64,000 bases of DNA. Origin: a virus. The translations under genes and the position numbers were made by a program. Positions 17,358 to 26,372 of the stretch are shown piece after piece. The notes under the pieces are model-generated. The model searched no databases. It was not told the origin of the DNA and saw only the letters and a program-made list of their open reading frames with translations. The stretch spans positions 1 through 64,000 of the IMG/VR virus record IMGVR_UViG_3300017917_003732, one strand, 5' to 3'. Within the stretch, counting starts at the first letter, position 1, and every line of letters starts with the position of its first letter.

Positions 17358-18935
17358 TTAGACAGACTCACCAGAAATCATTTGGAATGATTCGGACCGG
17401 TTCTTGGAGGCCAACCGAGCACGAATCCCATCGTCCACCTCTGGATCATACCCAACCCAAGCAACGATTTCTCGAATTTCATCAGCCATTGTCTTGATTA
17501 TCCGTGGTTTCCGAGTCAACTCCGTACCCAAAATAGATTCGTCTAGCGAAAGTTTCTTCGCGTTAAAACTCCGGGTCATCGCTGACGCGACGGCTTGTTC
17601 AATCTCTCGACCAACTAAGAGCCGGGCCTTTTCCGCAAGGTCCGCGAGATTGAAATGGGAAACATCTTGACCCACGGCTTTAGCTTGAATTTTGAGTATG
17701 TCAATACGAGCTTCTTCATCTGGGATATCAAAGAAAAATCGTTCTGGCATCCGGTTAACCATTTCAGCCGGAAGAGTTTTCAACGAGTTGGCCGTCATTA
17801 CGAGACAAGTTGGGGACTTGGACTCCTGAGCCCACGTTGAGAGGATTCCAAGGAGTCTAGACGTGGTACCTGCGTCGGACTGAGCTGAGGATTGCCCCCC
17901 GGATAGGCTTTTCTCAGCCTCATCTATCCAAACCACGCAAGGAGATACTGACTCAACAATTCGAAGCGCTCGGTAAAGATTGGCTTCCGAGTCTCCCACG
18001 CCAGAAGAACGGAGCTTTCCCATTTCAAATTGAACGAGGGGGAGTTTCCATTCGGCCGCAAGAGCCTTTGCAGACAACGACTTGCCGCACCCATAAACTC
18101 CAACAAGGAGAACGCCCTTTGGGGGTCTTAGGCCGAATTTCTGGCCCTCCTCAGTCCAACATGACTGAGTCTCCCTTGCCCAATCCTTGAAGCGGTCCGC
18201 ACCTCCGATAGAACCAAAAGTAGTGCCTTCCGTTTCGATCATCTGGACCAAATCAGTCTTCCGAATCTGGTTACGCTTATACTCCGAGATAAAAACTGGG
18301 TCCACCCTCCTGGGTGAAATAGGGTCTTTTTTGGTTTTTATGACAGACTGGCTGATGACCTGCTCTATCTCATAGCTTGTCATCCCACGGAAAAGGACTT
18401 CAGAATTTTCCGGCACCTTGGTCTGAAGTTGGTCACAAAAGGTCCTCACAAGTTCTAAGGTCTCGTCCTTCGACAACCCAGAACATTGGACGACCTCAAA
18501 ATACCGAGATAGCTTCTCAGGTATAACTCTCCTAGGACCCACGAAGATCAGACACTTTACTACCTGAAGTTCTTGATGCAGTTGATGAATAACATTCAGC
18601 ACTCGCCGAACCGCATGCTCGTCCTTGAAGATCCGTTCCGGGTCAGTGAATAGGTAAAAGTGTTCCTTATCTTTTGGGTTGTCCTGATACACGCGAATCA
18701 ACGCCTCGTTGATCCCTAACACTCTTTGTTCCACAGCATGCGCCAAACTACGCCAATCCTTTACTAGATCACCAATGTTTTTCAACCCAAGCGCAAAATT
18801 AAAAACCCACGTGCGCTCCTCATGCTTTTTCATCTGGTTGTGAAAATCAACGATGAATCGGTCCTCCTCGTCGGTCACGACGAAAACTAGGCGAGTAAGG
18901 GCCCGAAGATGGTGAATCATTTCAGGGGTCAACAT
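17358..18935 (-). CDS. Ycf46-like AAA+ ATPase
   Basis: Degenerate N-terminal AAA module (VVTDEEDR), IGGADRFKDW, PKGVLLVGVYGCGKSLSAK, VVWIDEAEK, TAN. Confidence 0.9.
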   Translation of the reverse strand: MLTPEMIHHLRALTRLVFVVTDEEDRFIVDFHNQMKKHEERTWVFNFALGLKNIGDLVKDWRSLAHAVEQRVLGINEALIRVYQDNPKDKEHFYLFTDPERIFKDEHAVRRVLNVIHQLHQELQVVKCLIFVGPRRVIPEKLSRYFEVVQCSGLSKDETLELVRTFCDQLQTKVPENSEVLFRGMTSYEIEQVISQSVIKTKKDPISPRRVDPVFISEYKRNQIRKTDLVQMIETEGTTFGSIGGADRFKDWARETQSCWTEEGQKFGLRPPKGVLLVGVYGCGKSLSAKALAAEWKLPLVQFEMGKLRSSGVGDSEANLYRALRIVESVSPCVVWIDEAEKSLSGGQSSAQSDAGTTSRLLGILSTWAQESKSPTCLVMTANSLKTLPAEMVNRMPERFFFDIPDEEARIDILKIQAKAVGQDVSHFNLADLAEKARLLVGREIEQAVASAMTRSFNAKKLSLDESILGTELTRKPRIIKTMADEIREIVAWVGYDPEVDDGIRARLASKNRSESFQMISGESV

Positions 18936-18960
18936 GATCTAGCAAGTCTCCATTCCCAAG

Positions 18961-18970
18961 AGTATACACC
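18961..18970 (-). promoter_or_regulatory. GGTG-TAnnnT promoter-like element (GGTGTATACT)
   Basis: Located after the terminator and upstream of the AAA gene. Confidence 0.55.
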
Positions 18971-18993
18971 AAATTATAGACACTAGAAAGCAG

Positions 18994-19023
18994 AAAACCC
19001 GCCTTTCTGCAAAGAAAGGCGGG
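18994..19023 (-). terminator. intrinsic terminator
   Basis: Perfect 11-bp stem CCCGCCTTTCT/AGAAAGGCGGG with a 4-nt loop, followed by TTTTCT on the minus strand. Confidence 0.85.
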
Positions 19024-19048
19024 CCCCTGATTACAGAAACTGCGTAGA

Positions 19049-19402
19049 CTAGGGCATTCGGCAGTAGAGAACTACACACTGTTCGTTGTTAATAGTCTCA
19101 ACCGTGCGATTCTGAATTTCATGCCCCTCAAGTGCACATCGATTTCGTTGGAGAGCTTCTGCATAATGCTGTCGCAAGAGGCCTAATTCCGAGTCCAGTT
19201 CGACAGTCGAGACACTGATACGATCAGTGTCCTCAGAGGTCACGGTACCCGTCTGGGTGTCGATGCTAGTTCCCTTGTAAATCCCCGAAGTCAAGTAGAT
19301 GTGATTTCCTTGCTCTGTATAAGTGACTCCAAGATTCTTGAGTACACTCTTGACAAGTTCCTTATCTTTGATCTCGCTGCTAATTCTGATTCGATGTGAC
19401 AT
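19049..19402 (-). CDS. DUF1257 (Ycf35-like) protein
   Basis: MSHRIRISSEIKDKELVKSVLKNLG N-terminus and LRQHYA..L...CALEGHEI; context with Ycf46 AAA. Confidence 0.8.
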   Translation of the reverse strand: MSHRIRISSEIKDKELVKSVLKNLGVTYTEQGNHIYLTSGIYKGTSIDTQTGTVTSEDTDRISVSTVELDSELGLLRQHYAEALQRNRCALEGHEIQNRTVETINNEQCVVLYCRMP

Positions 19403-19433
19403 AATACCCTCTTCCCTTGATTACTACACCGAG

Positions 19434-19610
19434 TCAGGAATTGACCGTTTCATGCACTGGTTGTGTATCATCGTCGATCCGTTCGTCCGATAACACAGTC
19501 CCCAATGCCCTCGCATGCGTAACCATTTTCTCACAATCTCCGTCACTGTGAAGTCCCTCTGATATCATCTCACCATTCGGCCGAATGATAATTTTGTACT
19601 CTACTGCCAT
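19434..19610 (-). CDS. DUF2997-like small protein (58 aa, not in ORF track)
   Basis: Manual translation MAVEYKIIIRPNGEMISEGLHSDGDCEKMVTHARALGTVLSDERIDDDTQPVHETVNS; GGAG SD; typical neighbour of DUF1257. Confidence 0.8.
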   Translation of the reverse strand: MAVEYKIIIRPNGEMISEGLHSDGDCEKMVTHARALGTVLSDERIDDDTQPVHETVNS

Positions 19611-19643
19611 TTTAATCTCCCTTAGATTTTCCCAGGTCGCCCT

Positions 19644-20243
19644 CTACTTTACACCAGAACCAGAACCAAGTCGAACCGTCGCCCCTTTTTGTACGACCAC
19701 TTCGCTTGTACCCTGAGGTTCAGTAGCCGCCCACGGGTCTTTTTTCGGTTTTCCCATCAACCTTGTCGCCCCCGGAAGATACATTTCACCATTGTTCTTG
19801 GTATTCATAGTGAGAACTTCTCGAGGAAGAGCTGACGAAGTCCTGGGCCGCGCCCGAGGTGCCTTCAGTTCCACAAGGGCCTCGGGCGTTGGAATCTCTT
19901 GGTTTTCGTGCGGTTCTATAAATGCGGAGGGTACCGAGATGATTTTTGCTTTCGGCGCATCCCGAGGATCCACCCACTCCGATCCCTGGGAAGGAATCTC
20001 AGGGTCCATTGGGGAGAAACCCTGAGATGCTATCAGATCGAACCTAGGGTCTTTCGGGTCCATTCTTGGGACCTCGGTAAAGAGCCTTTGAACCCAGGTC
20101 TGCGTCCGTTGGTCAAACTTCGAGGTCCCGTAAGTGCTACGAGTGCATTCCGGCTGTAGGCATCGATCACAAAAAGTCAGCCTAAAGTCCTCTAGCGGAA
20201 CCCCCTGGTTGTTACATTCGCGCAAGTAGTCGTGACGACTCAT
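19644..20243 (-). CDS. hypothetical protein (N-terminal Cys cluster, disordered C-terminus)
   Basis: C...CDRCLQPEC; ATGA overlap with the polymerase stop. Confidence 0.7.
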   Translation of the reverse strand: MSRHDYLRECNNQGVPLEDFRLTFCDRCLQPECTRSTYGTSKFDQRTQTWVQRLFTEVPRMDPKDPRFDLIASQGFSPMDPEIPSQGSEWVDPRDAPKAKIISVPSAFIEPHENQEIPTPEALVELKAPRARPRTSSALPREVLTMNTKNNGEMYLPGATRLMGKPKKDPWAATEPQGTSEVVVQKGATVRLGSGSGVK

Positions 20244-23200
20244 AAATTTTTGTCCCGCATGAGTATAGAAAAAGCTTTCGGATCGACCCTTACCCCCAAC
20301 GACTCGTCAATCAAAATTTCGTTGTCATTTTGGTGAAACAACCTGAGCACCATACCAGCAGGGTCAAAGCATTGTATGCATATTCCGTACACCTGTAAGA
20401 CAGTATTTGCGGTGAGTACATTCAATCCATACATAAACACCTCCTCGGCAGGGGCTTTTGGAGGGAGTTGCGTCAACCTTGTCTCGAGAGTTACTCTTGG
20501 TTGTGAAGGAGGAGGAGGCGGTATCTCCAAAGTCAAATGATGGGGCTCCTGAGTGGTTACCGGAGTCGTATGAGAGGCCTCCGGTAAACTAGACTTCTGA
20601 CTCTGGGGCTGCTGCCCTTTATTCAGGTAGTCTGGGATGAGGTGACCCCTAAGCCACTCTGGGATCGGTTGGTACCATCGGTCACCGACCTGAATATCAT
20701 CTTTTCCAGGGTTCTTGCCTTTTTCGGGAATGTAACCATGCATGACCTTGTGATAATCATACTTAGGGTCCCAATGTAAGTCTATTAGGGGTTCAACTTC
20801 GAGTTGCACATCCCACTTCGGCCTAGCCATCCTTCCAGGCTCAGTCATAGCATGCTCGAGAACCGGCATAACCTGCATGAGTGCCTCATGCTTAACCTCG
20901 AACACAATCTCGTCATGAACGGTAAGCATGAACCGGGCGGTCGCATCCTGCATCCAACCGCGTCGATAGAACTCCTTGTAAAGTAAAACCATCGCGATCT
21001 TCATTACATCAGCACCAGAGTTCTTTGTAATCACTCCATCAGCGTCGAACCGGTGCAACGGATCATCTACAGAAAGCGTATAAGTCACTTCTTTTTCAGG
21101 AAGAATCTCGATAGACTTGATCTCCTTATAAGCATAAATAGGGTAACTTAGGGTTACTCCGAGCTGATTACAAAGATCCTGCAAAATATACAATGAGGTT
21201 TGTTCACCACGCGCTAATTCACAGAACCGATGGTAGTTCGAACAGTCTCTGAATGCCGAAGGCCTCCACGGCCCTCGTCGAACTAAGTCTTTCGCTAAAA
21301 ATCTAGGCGAGCCCATCTCAGAGCGCCTAACTCCCTCAGGTTTGGACAGAATACGACTAGAGAACATCCAGACTACAGCATCCAAGAAGTATACTAGAGT
21401 ACCATAGTGATTATGGACCCTCAATTTTGACTCTACTCCAACCGTCCTGAGAAGAAGCTTGAAGTCCTCTAAGATTGGACGTTGGTAGGAGTAAGCAGAA
21501 TAAACTCTTGTATTGAAAACACGCTCCTCGACCTTGTACTTATTGCCGTCCCAAATGCCCTGAATACACTTCTTTCGATGATCCAGAGTTTCCCGAAACG
21601 CTCTATCAAAAACTCGCTTTATCGTATTTGAAGTTTCGTCCTGTAACCCAAGAGAATAGAGAAACTTGGCTAACCCTTCTGACCTAACAATAACAGCCAA
21701 TCGAAGTGGGACTGATAGACCATGATACGTTTTCGTCGCGCATTGATCAACCTTGGCTCCACAAGCGGTCCAGAAAGAAATGCACTCACTTACTTGAGCC
21801 TTGTTGGACCTAAAGTTGAATTCATACCAAAGTGCCCCATCCTTAAAAGAACCATTCCCAAGGTAGTATCCAATCCAGTACCAAAAGGAGTTCTCCAGAT
21901 CTGGAGTTAGCTTGAAGTCTATAAAATCTACTACAGGCAACGCGATGGGTTCGAACTCTAATGGCACTACCATTGAGGTAGCCGACTTCATTCCTGGCTT
22001 CAAGTCAGCAAAGTCTACCCAAAAGTAACCATCTTCTCTAACAATGAGTTGCTTATGTCTGGTATCACATCGAACAATAGTACCATCACTAAGGGTGATC
22101 TCAGCTAGTTGGCATTCCCCCATAGGGTGAGCAGTTGCCGTAGCCCATTTGTCCCCGGTCCAAACAGTGAAGCTACCTAAGCCTAGAAGGTCACTTATTC
22201 GACGGTATCCCGAAGAAGTCAATACGCGACTCGAAGACTGAAGGCAACCTTGGATCGGATAATTGAGACTGTAGCGCTCACAAGCACCAGCAATGGCCTT
22301 GTCGGGACTGTTGGCGTTGGGAATCGACATCCAACGTCCAAAAGCAGTAGCGACCCCAAGATCCTTCTTGACTCTCTGTTTCTGAGTCTTGACCCACTCT
22401 GCAAACCTTGGAAGGCTCTTGTCAAAGTTTTGCTTCCGCCTGGCCGCCTCTTGCTCACTACACTTGGTCGCCCGCATGATAGCCCTAGAGCCGCCCCCGT
22501 AAACAAGAGAGAAATTAGCAGAGTTATGAGAAATGAATCCATTAGCCTGATATTGATGAACTTCAGTACCCATCGTAACATCCATACAGGGATGGGCTTC
22601 ACTGGTTGAGACAATCTTGAGTACCCTACCTCCTATATTTCTTACCTCCTTTCTTCTAACCTTGAGCCTGACCAAACTTAACCTCCGTGTAAAACCTTTC
22701 AGTTCCGCACTAGCCACAACACTTAAGGTGATTCTAATGTAATCTACATTCCTCTTCAGGTTCAAGTGACTAACAGTGAACGGCAACCCTCTTCCCTTCA
22801 AAAGGGTTGCAACCTGCCCAGCAAATACAAGATTCTTCGTTGACCAAGTAAGATTTTTTTTCAGCCTCTTCCCATGGATGTCAAATAATCCAGCTATAAA
22901 ATTCAGCGCGGTTTCCCTAAACTCGAACACCTGCTCAGGGACCCTATCCCCAGTACTACCAATCAGATAAGACCACCGAACTAATTTCGTGTCTTCTGTG
23001 GACTTCGTAATCGGTGGGACTGAGCTAGGAGCAAGCATGGTTCTAGGTGTAAGGTCCTTGACTTTGACCCATTCTCCAGATTGTGTCAAAAGACGATGAT
23101 CTTCAGTACACGTGAGAATTCCATCGGTAACGATGACATGACATAGGGTCTTGACGCCACCGTAATAAAGGTGAGTCGTCGGCTGCTCTGCCTCCCCGTC

Positions 23201-25333
23201 ATATAGCGTGCAAGCATGCTCAACGAAACCCTCCTCACTAGGGAAAGAGCCTAAGCTCTGTAGGGTTTTATACTGACCACCAGAAAATACGATTGTATCC
23301 GGGTGAACGCACTTTCCCATCTGTCTCTGTTGTTTGGTGATCTCAGGACCAAAAAATGCCTTCGCTGTAATCGTGTGCAAGTCACCAGTGCCTTCGTTGA
23401 ATTCCTTGATCCAGACGGGTTCCCGGGAAAGGTTGGTGACGATGCGGAGCTCCTCTCCCGCAAAGTCAATCTTCACCATTGTGTACCCCTCACGAGCAAC
23501 GAATGCCCTTCGAAGGGCCGTAGCTACCTTAGGCTTTTTTGCATCATACGTCGCCGGGATCCCATGAATTGGAATCCCCCCGTACCCATGCTTTGGTTTT
23601 CCAGCAGGGGCCGTAAATCTGCCCGTTGGTGCCCCCGTTTGCTTGAACTGGTACCGGAGTTCGTGGTTATGATCGCAGTTGTTCAGCATCCCCTCAAGAT
23701 AAGTACCAATGACCTTTTCGACCTGACGATACTTGACGATTACCAAAAGAATTGGATTGATGTTGGGATGCTCTTCAACCAACTTCTCCAGTGTATCCGC
23801 GTCAGTCTTGTATTGATTACTCTTCTCGTTCTTCTCAGGCTTAGGTTCGATGTTTAGAAAAGCCGGATTCCCAAAGAGGAACTCCGAAAGCTGCTGCGTC
23901 GAGTTCGGATCGAAATCAGGCCATCCTAAGCTAGCGGCGAGGGACACAATCTGGTTCCGATATTCAGTAGCTTCATTACGAGCTTCAGTGAACAGGGACC
24001 GCACATACTCCTGATCAATCTTAATTCGATTTCGTTCCATCCACCGAAGAACCTGTGCCACTTGCTTTTCCAAACGGTAGGTATTGGAATACTTCCTGTC
24101 CTGAGCAAGCGTCTTTAGTAAGGGACTTTCACAATGCAGGTAGGTACAAATGGCATCCGAGCAAGCATAACGTCTAGCTTCCTCAGGGTACAGACTAGCA
24201 AAGTCAATTTCCCGTCCCTTAAGAAACAGATCTTCCAACTCAATCATCTTATAGGGGATAGGAGAACCCTTCGGGTCCTCCTTTACGATCTCATGTGAAG
24301 GATTACTTGGATCTTTGAGGATATATCCCAAAATCGGCTTACCCTCTTTATCTAGTACGACCAAGTTAGACTCACTTTTGGCCTTCAATCCAAGGTCCTT
24401 ATCTCCAGTATAGTGACAGTAATACAAGAGCAAAGAATCCTCAAATGACTCCGGATGCCAGTAGTCTATGCCCGTAACTGGGTATAGGAATTCCTGATCG
24501 AACTTCGCGTGATGGAAGTAAATCTTTACTCGAGGTGGGGTAGCGAAACAAGGTCCCCCCAAGGGATCTACCTTGAATGATTCCGGGGTTAAAACCGGCT
24601 GAGCAGCCAAACACAACCGCTTGATTGCCTTACCTGCCCCTACTACATCAACATTGTCCTTTGTTTCCTTGCGATGCCGAACCGGGACATAGTAACCAGT
24701 ATGGCCGTCATACGAGAGACAATAGCCAACAATCTTGTGTTTGGTTTGAGGGATCAAAGCCGGAGAAGGTCCTTCCCAATATACCTCAAAAGGGTAATCC
24801 AGCTCTTCTGGATTGCACATATAAATTCGGTTATCCAGCCCTTCGGTTTCCAAGTCCAAGGCACACCGGCCCGACAAGAGTGCCTTATCCACGATATCCT
24901 CTAGTTGCTCCACACTGGTAACAATCACAAATTCGTGGTAGTGCATCCACGCTCGAACAATATCGGCCGCATCGGCCTCTTGTCGAACGCCGCTTGCTGC
25001 CAGAATGCCCTCTGGGGTACCAGGTTGCTCTTCGTCCTCCTCGCTGACAGTACTTAGACTCGGAGGGGGTTCAGAAATAGGAGGGAGCGGAAGGTCCTCC
25101 GTCATGCCGTCCTCTAGTTCTAACTGACTAGAGTCCTCCGACGTGAAACTCCCCACTTGGTTCAAAAGTTCTGCCAACCCATCATCTTCTTCGACTATAG
25201 GAGGAGGTACCTGTTCTGTGACGGAAACTTTCTCAAGCACAAGAGACAGGCCCAAAGGCACAATTTCGTTGCCACGAAGCCACTCGGAAATTCCAAGGAC
25301 TTCACCAACCGAAAAAAATTTATTCATTGGCAT
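20240..25333 (-). CDS. polA: family A DNA polymerase (3'-5' exonuclease + polymerase) with two inteins
   Basis: ALDLETEG (exo I), HHAKFD (exo II), YACSDA (exo III), TGRF, IDFAGEELR (motif A), RQMGK/SANFSLVYG (motif B), TVHDEIVFE (motif C). Confidence 0.96.
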   Translation of the reverse strand: MPMNKFFSVGEVLGISEWLRGNEIVPLGLSLVLEKVSVTEQVPPPIVEEDDGLAELLNQVGSFTSEDSSQLELEDGMTEDLPLPPISEPPPSLSTVSEEDEEQPGTPEGILAASGVRQEADAADIVRAWMHYHEFVIVTSVEQLEDIVDKALLSGRCALDLETEGLDNRIYMCNPEELDYPFEVYWEGPSPALIPQTKHKIVGYCLSYDGHTGYYVPVRHRKETKDNVDVVGAGKAIKRLCLAAQPVLTPESFKVDPLGGPCFATPPRVKIYFHHAKFDQEFLYPVTGIDYWHPESFEDSLLLYYCHYTGDKDLGLKAKSESNLVVLDKEGKPILGYILKDPSNPSHEIVKEDPKGSPIPYKMIELEDLFLKGREIDFASLYPEEARRYACSDAICTYLHCESPLLKTLAQDRKYSNTYRLEKQVAQVLRWMERNRIKIDQEYVRSLFTEARNEATEYRNQIVSLAASLGWPDFDPNSTQQLSEFLFGNPAFLNIEPKPEKNEKSNQYKTDADTLEKLVEEHPNINPILLVIVKYRQVEKVIGTYLEGMLNNCDHNHELRYQFKQTGAPTGRFTAPAGKPKHGYGGIPIHGIPATYDAKKPKVATALRRAFVAREGYTMVKIDFAGEELRIVTNLSREPVWIKEFNEGTGDLHTITAKAFFGPEITKQQRQMGKCVHPDTIVFSGGQYKTLQSLGSFPSEEGFVEHACTLYDGEAEQPTTHLYYGGVKTLCHVIVTDGILTCTEDHRLLTQSGEWVKVKDLTPRTMLAPSSVPPITKSTEDTKLVRWSYLIGSTGDRVPEQVFEFRETALNFIAGLFDIHGKRLKKNLTWSTKNLVFAGQVATLLKGRGLPFTVSHLNLKRNVDYIRITLSVVASAELKGFTRRLSLVRLKVRRKEVRNIGGRVLKIVSTSEAHPCMDVTMGTEVHQYQANGFISHNSANFSLVYGGGSRAIMRATKCSEQEAARRKQNFDKSLPRFAEWVKTQKQRVKKDLGVATAFGRWMSIPNANSPDKAIAGACERYSLNYPIQGCLQSSSRVLTSSGYRRISDLLGLGSFTVWTGDKWATATAHPMGECQLAEITLSDGTIVRCDTRHKQLIVREDGYFWVDFADLKPGMKSATSMVVPLEFEPIALPVVDFIDFKLTPDLENSFWYWIGYYLGNGSFKDGALWYEFNFRSNKAQVSECISFWTACGAKVDQCATKTYHGLSVPLRLAVIVRSEGLAKFLYSLGLQDETSNTIKRVFDRAFRETLDHRKKCIQGIWDGNKYKVEERVFNTRVYSAYSYQRPILEDFKLLLRTVGVESKLRVHNHYGTLVYFLDAVVWMFSSRILSKPEGVRRSEMGSPRFLAKDLVRRGPWRPSAFRDCSNYHRFCELARGEQTSLYILQDLCNQLGVTLSYPIYAYKEIKSIEILPEKEVTYTLSVDDPLHRFDADGVITKNSGADVMKIAMVLLYKEFYRRGWMQDATARFMLTVHDEIVFEVKHEALMQVMPVLEHAMTEPGRMARPKWDVQLEVEPLIDLHWDPKYDYHKVMHGYIPEKGKNPGKDDIQVGDRWYQPIPEWLRGHLIPDYLNKGQQPQSQKSSLPEASHTTPVTTQEPHHLTLEIPPPPPSQPRVTLETRLTQLPPKAPAEEVFMYGLNVLTANTVLQVYGICIQCFDPAGMVLRLFHQNDNEILIDESLGVRVDPKAFSILMRDKNL
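21020..22246 (-). mobile_element. intein 2 (409 aa) with LAGLIDADG-type domain
   Basis: Starts CLQSSS, block B CDTRHK, WIGYYLGNG and CIQGIWDGN, ends VITKN followed by Ser; removal restores NYPIQGSGADVMK. Confidence 0.92.
22523..23311 (-). mobile_element. intein 1 (263 aa) in polymerase motif B, with partial LAGLIDADG domain
   Basis: Starts CVHPDT, block B CTEDHRL, FIAGLFDIHG, ends ISHN followed by Ser; removal restores RQMGKSANFSLVYG. Confidence 0.93.
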
Positions 25334-25748
25334 GAGTCACCACTAAAACATACACCCCTTGTCTCCATAATCGGACGAGCTCAGCCGCAAGTTGTCGGGG
25401 CTCTGCCTCCTCAATGAATGCAGGCTCGAAGCACCAAGGCATCTTCGGGCTTGTTGGAGCACAAGACTTTTTATCGTAAAATGGGCACACCAGAAGACGA
25501 TAACAAAGAGGGTTGGTTAGCTTGCGTATAGCGCCTTCTGGGGGTATCCCTAGTACCTTAACAAGTGGACTAGTCCAGCCTCGAAGAGCGTGATCCATCA
25601 AGTCCTGAGAAACTACCGTGAGTAAGGTAGTAATATGCTCTCGTTGCAGCGGTCTCCACTCTTCTTCCCAAACTTCCCCATACTGATAAATGAGGTACAG
25701 GTCTAAGTCTCCAAGTTCCATCGTTTTTAATGTCAGTCCCCTAGCCAC
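25320..25748 (-). CDS. hypothetical four-Cys protein in the replication operon
   Basis: 142-aa ORF overlapping both neighbours; C-x5-C-x7-C-x9-C. Confidence 0.7.
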   Translation of the reverse strand: MARGLTLKTMELGDLDLYLIYQYGEVWEEEWRPLQREHITTLLTVVSQDLMDHALRGWTSPLVKVLGIPPEGAIRKLTNPLCYRLLVCPFYDKKSCAPTSPKMPWCFEPAFIEEAEPRQLAAELVRLWRQGVYVLVVTHANE

Positions 25749-26370
25749 CTCGAGCCTTCTCTCCGATCTTATCCAAGATCAATTGCGCATTCTTAGCAGC
25801 CAATTCAATATCAATAAGCTTGTTTTTTACTTGATAATGAAGGTTATCGAGAAGATGGCCCACGATCAAGAATCCCCTCAACTGAAAGTACGCCTTATTA
25901 GCCCTTAGTCTTTTCTCACAGACCTGCAACTTATCGAGGACCTCTTGTTCCTCCTCCGTAGGCCCCGTCTGGATAGTGCCCCGGGTCATATCGGGGGCTT
26001 CCGGAGTTGCGATATTGAAAGCTTTTTCTAGGCCAAAAAGAACAGCTGTGAACTTCAGATCTGGGTCCCCTTGGAACTCCTTCCAGAGTCCGAAGATGTC
26101 CCACCGCTTGCGGCACACCCAGCAATAAACCCCCGAAGGACTATTTCCTATGGAAGGATAAATTCGTGCAGAAGGGGTCTTATCGCCATGAAAAGGACAG
26201 CAGATTTGCTCTTCATGATCCCCAGAGGACTTCAGGTCAGTTCCGAAGTAACGAAGAACGTCATGCGCTGAGATCTTAGACTTAAGCGTCTCTTTCCGTT
26301 GATTGAGCCACAAAAGAAAGGCAGAATTCTGCTGGCCTTCCTTCATAGCCGTACGAACGGACTCTCGCAT
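25741..26370 (-). CDS. CHC2 zinc-finger protein (primase Zn-binding domain without TOPRIM)
   Basis: CCPFHGDKTPSARIY...YCWVC...DIFGL; no recognisable catalytic TOPRIM region. Confidence 0.85.
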   Translation of the reverse strand: MRESVRTAMKEGQQNSAFLLWLNQRKETLKSKISAHDVLRYFGTDLKSSGDHEEQICCPFHGDKTPSARIYPSIGNSPSGVYCWVCRKRWDIFGLWKEFQGDPDLKFTAVLFGLEKAFNIATPEAPDMTRGTIQTGPTEEEQEVLDKLQVCEKRLRANKAYFQLRGFLIVGHLLDNLHYQVKNKLIDIELAAKNAQLILDKIGEKARGG

Positions 26371-26372
26371 AG

